Source: a virus
Length of the DNA: 64,000 nt
IMG/VR virus record: IMGVR_UViG_3300032285_002884
Strand: one strand, 5' to 3'
In this document: positions 62,277 to 64,000 of the stretch, piece after piece
How the letters are laid out: the number at the start of each line of letters is the position of its first letter
How positions within the stretch are numbered: the first letter of the stretch is position 1
Translations under genes and position numbers: made by a program
The notes under the pieces: generated by a model
The model's database searches: none
Told to the model about the DNA's origin: nothing
Seen by the model: the letters and a program-made list of their open reading frames with translations, nothing else

Positions 62277-64000
62277 ATGGCCGAACTATTCGGATTTGAG
62301 TTTAAGAGAACAGCTCCAAAAGAAGCTACCACCTCCTTCGTCCCTCGCCAAGAAGACGATGGGGCCGCGGTCGTCTCGGCTACCGGTTCATATGGAACCT
62401 ACCTCGACCTCGACGGCACCGTAAGGACAGAGGCAGAGCTGGTCACCAAGTACCGCGAGATGTCGCTTCAACCAGAGATCGACACCGCGTGCGACGAGAT
62501 CGTCAACGAGATGATGTCGATCGACGAGGACCAGATCGTAAAGATCGACCTCGACAATCTAGATCTATCCGACAACATCAAGAAGACTATCGAGTCAGAG
62601 TTCAAGAACTGCTTGAACATCCTCGACTTCAACCGTCACGCCTACGAGATCGCTCGCAGGTGGTACGTCGACGGCAGGATGTACTACCACGTCATCATCG
62701 ACGAGAAGAGTCCTAGAGACGGAATCAAGGAACTCAGGTACATCGACCCGCGTAAGATCAGAAAGATCCGCGAAGTAAACAAGAAGAGAGTAAAGGGTGG
62801 TGAGCAGGGCGACGCCGTCATCCAGAGAGTACAGAACGAGTACTTCATCTTCAACGACCGTGGGTTCAACTACGGTAACAAGTCGGTAGGTCCGTCGACC
62901 ACCGGCCTAAAGATCGCCAAGGACGCCATCGTATACATTACCTCAGGTCTTACAGACACTCAGGGCACGATGGTCCTGTCATACCTTCACAAGGGAATCA
63001 AGGCTCTCAACCAGCTTCGCACCCTCGAAGACTCACTCGTCATCTATCGACTAGCGCGCGCTCCAGAGCGTCGTATCTGGTACATCGACATCGGCAACCT
63101 TCCTAAGATGAAGGCTGAGCAGTACGTCCGCGAGATCATGGTCAAGCACAAGAATCGCCTGATCTACGACGGCAGCACCGGTGAGGTCAAGGACGACCGT
63201 AAGTTCATGACGATGATGGAAGACTACTGGATCCCACGCCGCGAGGGAGGCAAGGGTACCGAGGTCACCACACTTCCAGGTGGTCAGAACCTTGGACAGA
63301 TGGACGACGTCCTCTACTTCCAGAAGAAGCTCTATCAGACCCTGAACGTGCCGGTAAATAGACTCAACAGCGACGCACTCTTCTCGCTCGGTCGCGCCAC
63401 AGAAGTCACCCGTGACGAGATCAAGTTCAGCCGCTTCATCTCTCGCCTCCGCGGCAGGTTCTCTTCTCTGTTCATCGAGGTACTCGGTAAGCAGATGGTG
63501 CTCAAGGGTATGCTGTCGATCGAGGACTGGAACAACATCAGCCCAGACATCAAGTTCGACTTCTCTCGTGACAACCACTTCACCGAGCTCAAGGACGCAG
63601 AGCTGCTGATGAACAGGATTCAGGTCCTCAACAGCATCCAGCCGATGGTCGGCACCTACTACTCACACGAGTGGGTGATGAAGAACGTCCTCATGCAGTC
63701 TGACGACGACATCGAGGAGATGCGCGAGCAGATCGAGGAAGAGATGAGCGACCCTATCTTCAACCCTCCGATGCCGGAAGACGGTAGTCAGCCAGCAGAC
63801 GGTACCGAAGAAGACTCATCACAGGGTGCGCCCCCGCCTACCGATGGCGGAGACCAACCAGATGACCCAAGGGCAGAGAAGATCAAGAAGATCGCTCAGG
63901 CTAGGGCAGAGTATAACTTAATAATGAAGAAGGCAGTCAAGACTAAGTCCGACGAGGCTAAGCTTAAGTCGGTCTCTCAGATCGTGGCAAAGAACAAGTA
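62277..64000 (+). CDS. gp20: Portal vertex protein (open to window end; absent from ORF track)
   Basis: MAELFGF start; WYVDGR, YRLARAPERR.WYIDIGNLPK.KAEQY, EDYWIPRREGG.GTE. Confidence 0.96.
   Translation, partial: MAELFGFEFKRTAPKEATTSFVPRQEDDGAAVVSATGSYGTYLDLDGTVRTEAELVTKYREMSLQPEIDTACDEIVNEMMSIDEDQIVKIDLDNLDLSDNIKKTIESEFKNCLNILDFNRHAYEIARRWYVDGRMYYHVIIDEKSPRDGIKELRYIDPRKIRKIREVNKKRVKGGEQGDAVIQRVQNEYFIFNDRGFNYGNKSVGPSTTGLKIAKDAIVYITSGLTDTQGTMVLSYLHKGIKALNQLRTLEDSLVIYRLARAPERRIWYIDIGNLPKMKAEQYVREIMVKHKNRLIYDGSTGEVKDDRKFMTMMEDYWIPRREGGKGTEVTTLPGGQNLGQMDDVLYFQKKLYQTLNVPVNRLNSDALFSLGRATEVTRDEIKFSRFISRLRGRFSSLFIEVLGKQMVLKGMLSIEDWNNISPDIKFDFSRDNHFTELKDAELLMNRIQVLNSIQPMVGTYYSHEWVMKNVLMQSDDDIEEMREQIEEEMSDPIFNPPMPEDGSQPADGTEEDSSQGAPPPTDGGDQPDDPRAEKIKKIAQARAEYNLIMKKAVKTKSDEAKLKSVSQIVAKNK

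Noticed and set aside
1-64000. Stop-codon reassignment
   Set aside because: Core genes are full length in code 11, and TAA, TGA and TAG all end conserved genes at expected positions.

Overview
A 64 kb segment of a T4-like (Tevenvirinae-type gene set, cyanophage/phiM12-like synteny) myovirus. The host is probably an alphaproteobacterium, inferred from an alpha-type permuted tmRNA and a METTL20-like gene. About 1-14.9 kb (+) holds nucleotide metabolism, auxiliary and replication genes: end of nrdB, glutaredoxin, SpeD, glycosyltransferase, RNase H, PhoH, exonuclease, DUF932, gp33/59/32, three tRNAs and a two-piece tmRNA. About 14.9-21.1 kb (-) is a baseplate hub/tail module (gp4, gp2, tube-like, gp26, gp51, holin-like, gp29-like with M15 peptidase). 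About 21.1-64 kb (+) covers the baseplate (gp48, 53, hub, split gp5, PAAR, 25, 6, 7, 8), VrlC-like and fibre genes, a Gly-rich adhesin array with cupin, methyltransferase and a homing endonuclease, then gp13-gp20. The main oddities are: a circularly permuted tmRNA; a start-less gp51 frame that opens exactly at a T7 slippery site (likely -1 frameshift); sigma70 promoters embedded in G.U-rich strand-specific hairpins; two nucleases with hairpin-sequestered RBS behind late promoters; gp5 split into three ORFs; and dense N-X-S/T sequons in virion proteins. All calls come from motif recognition and synteny by eye; no searches were run.
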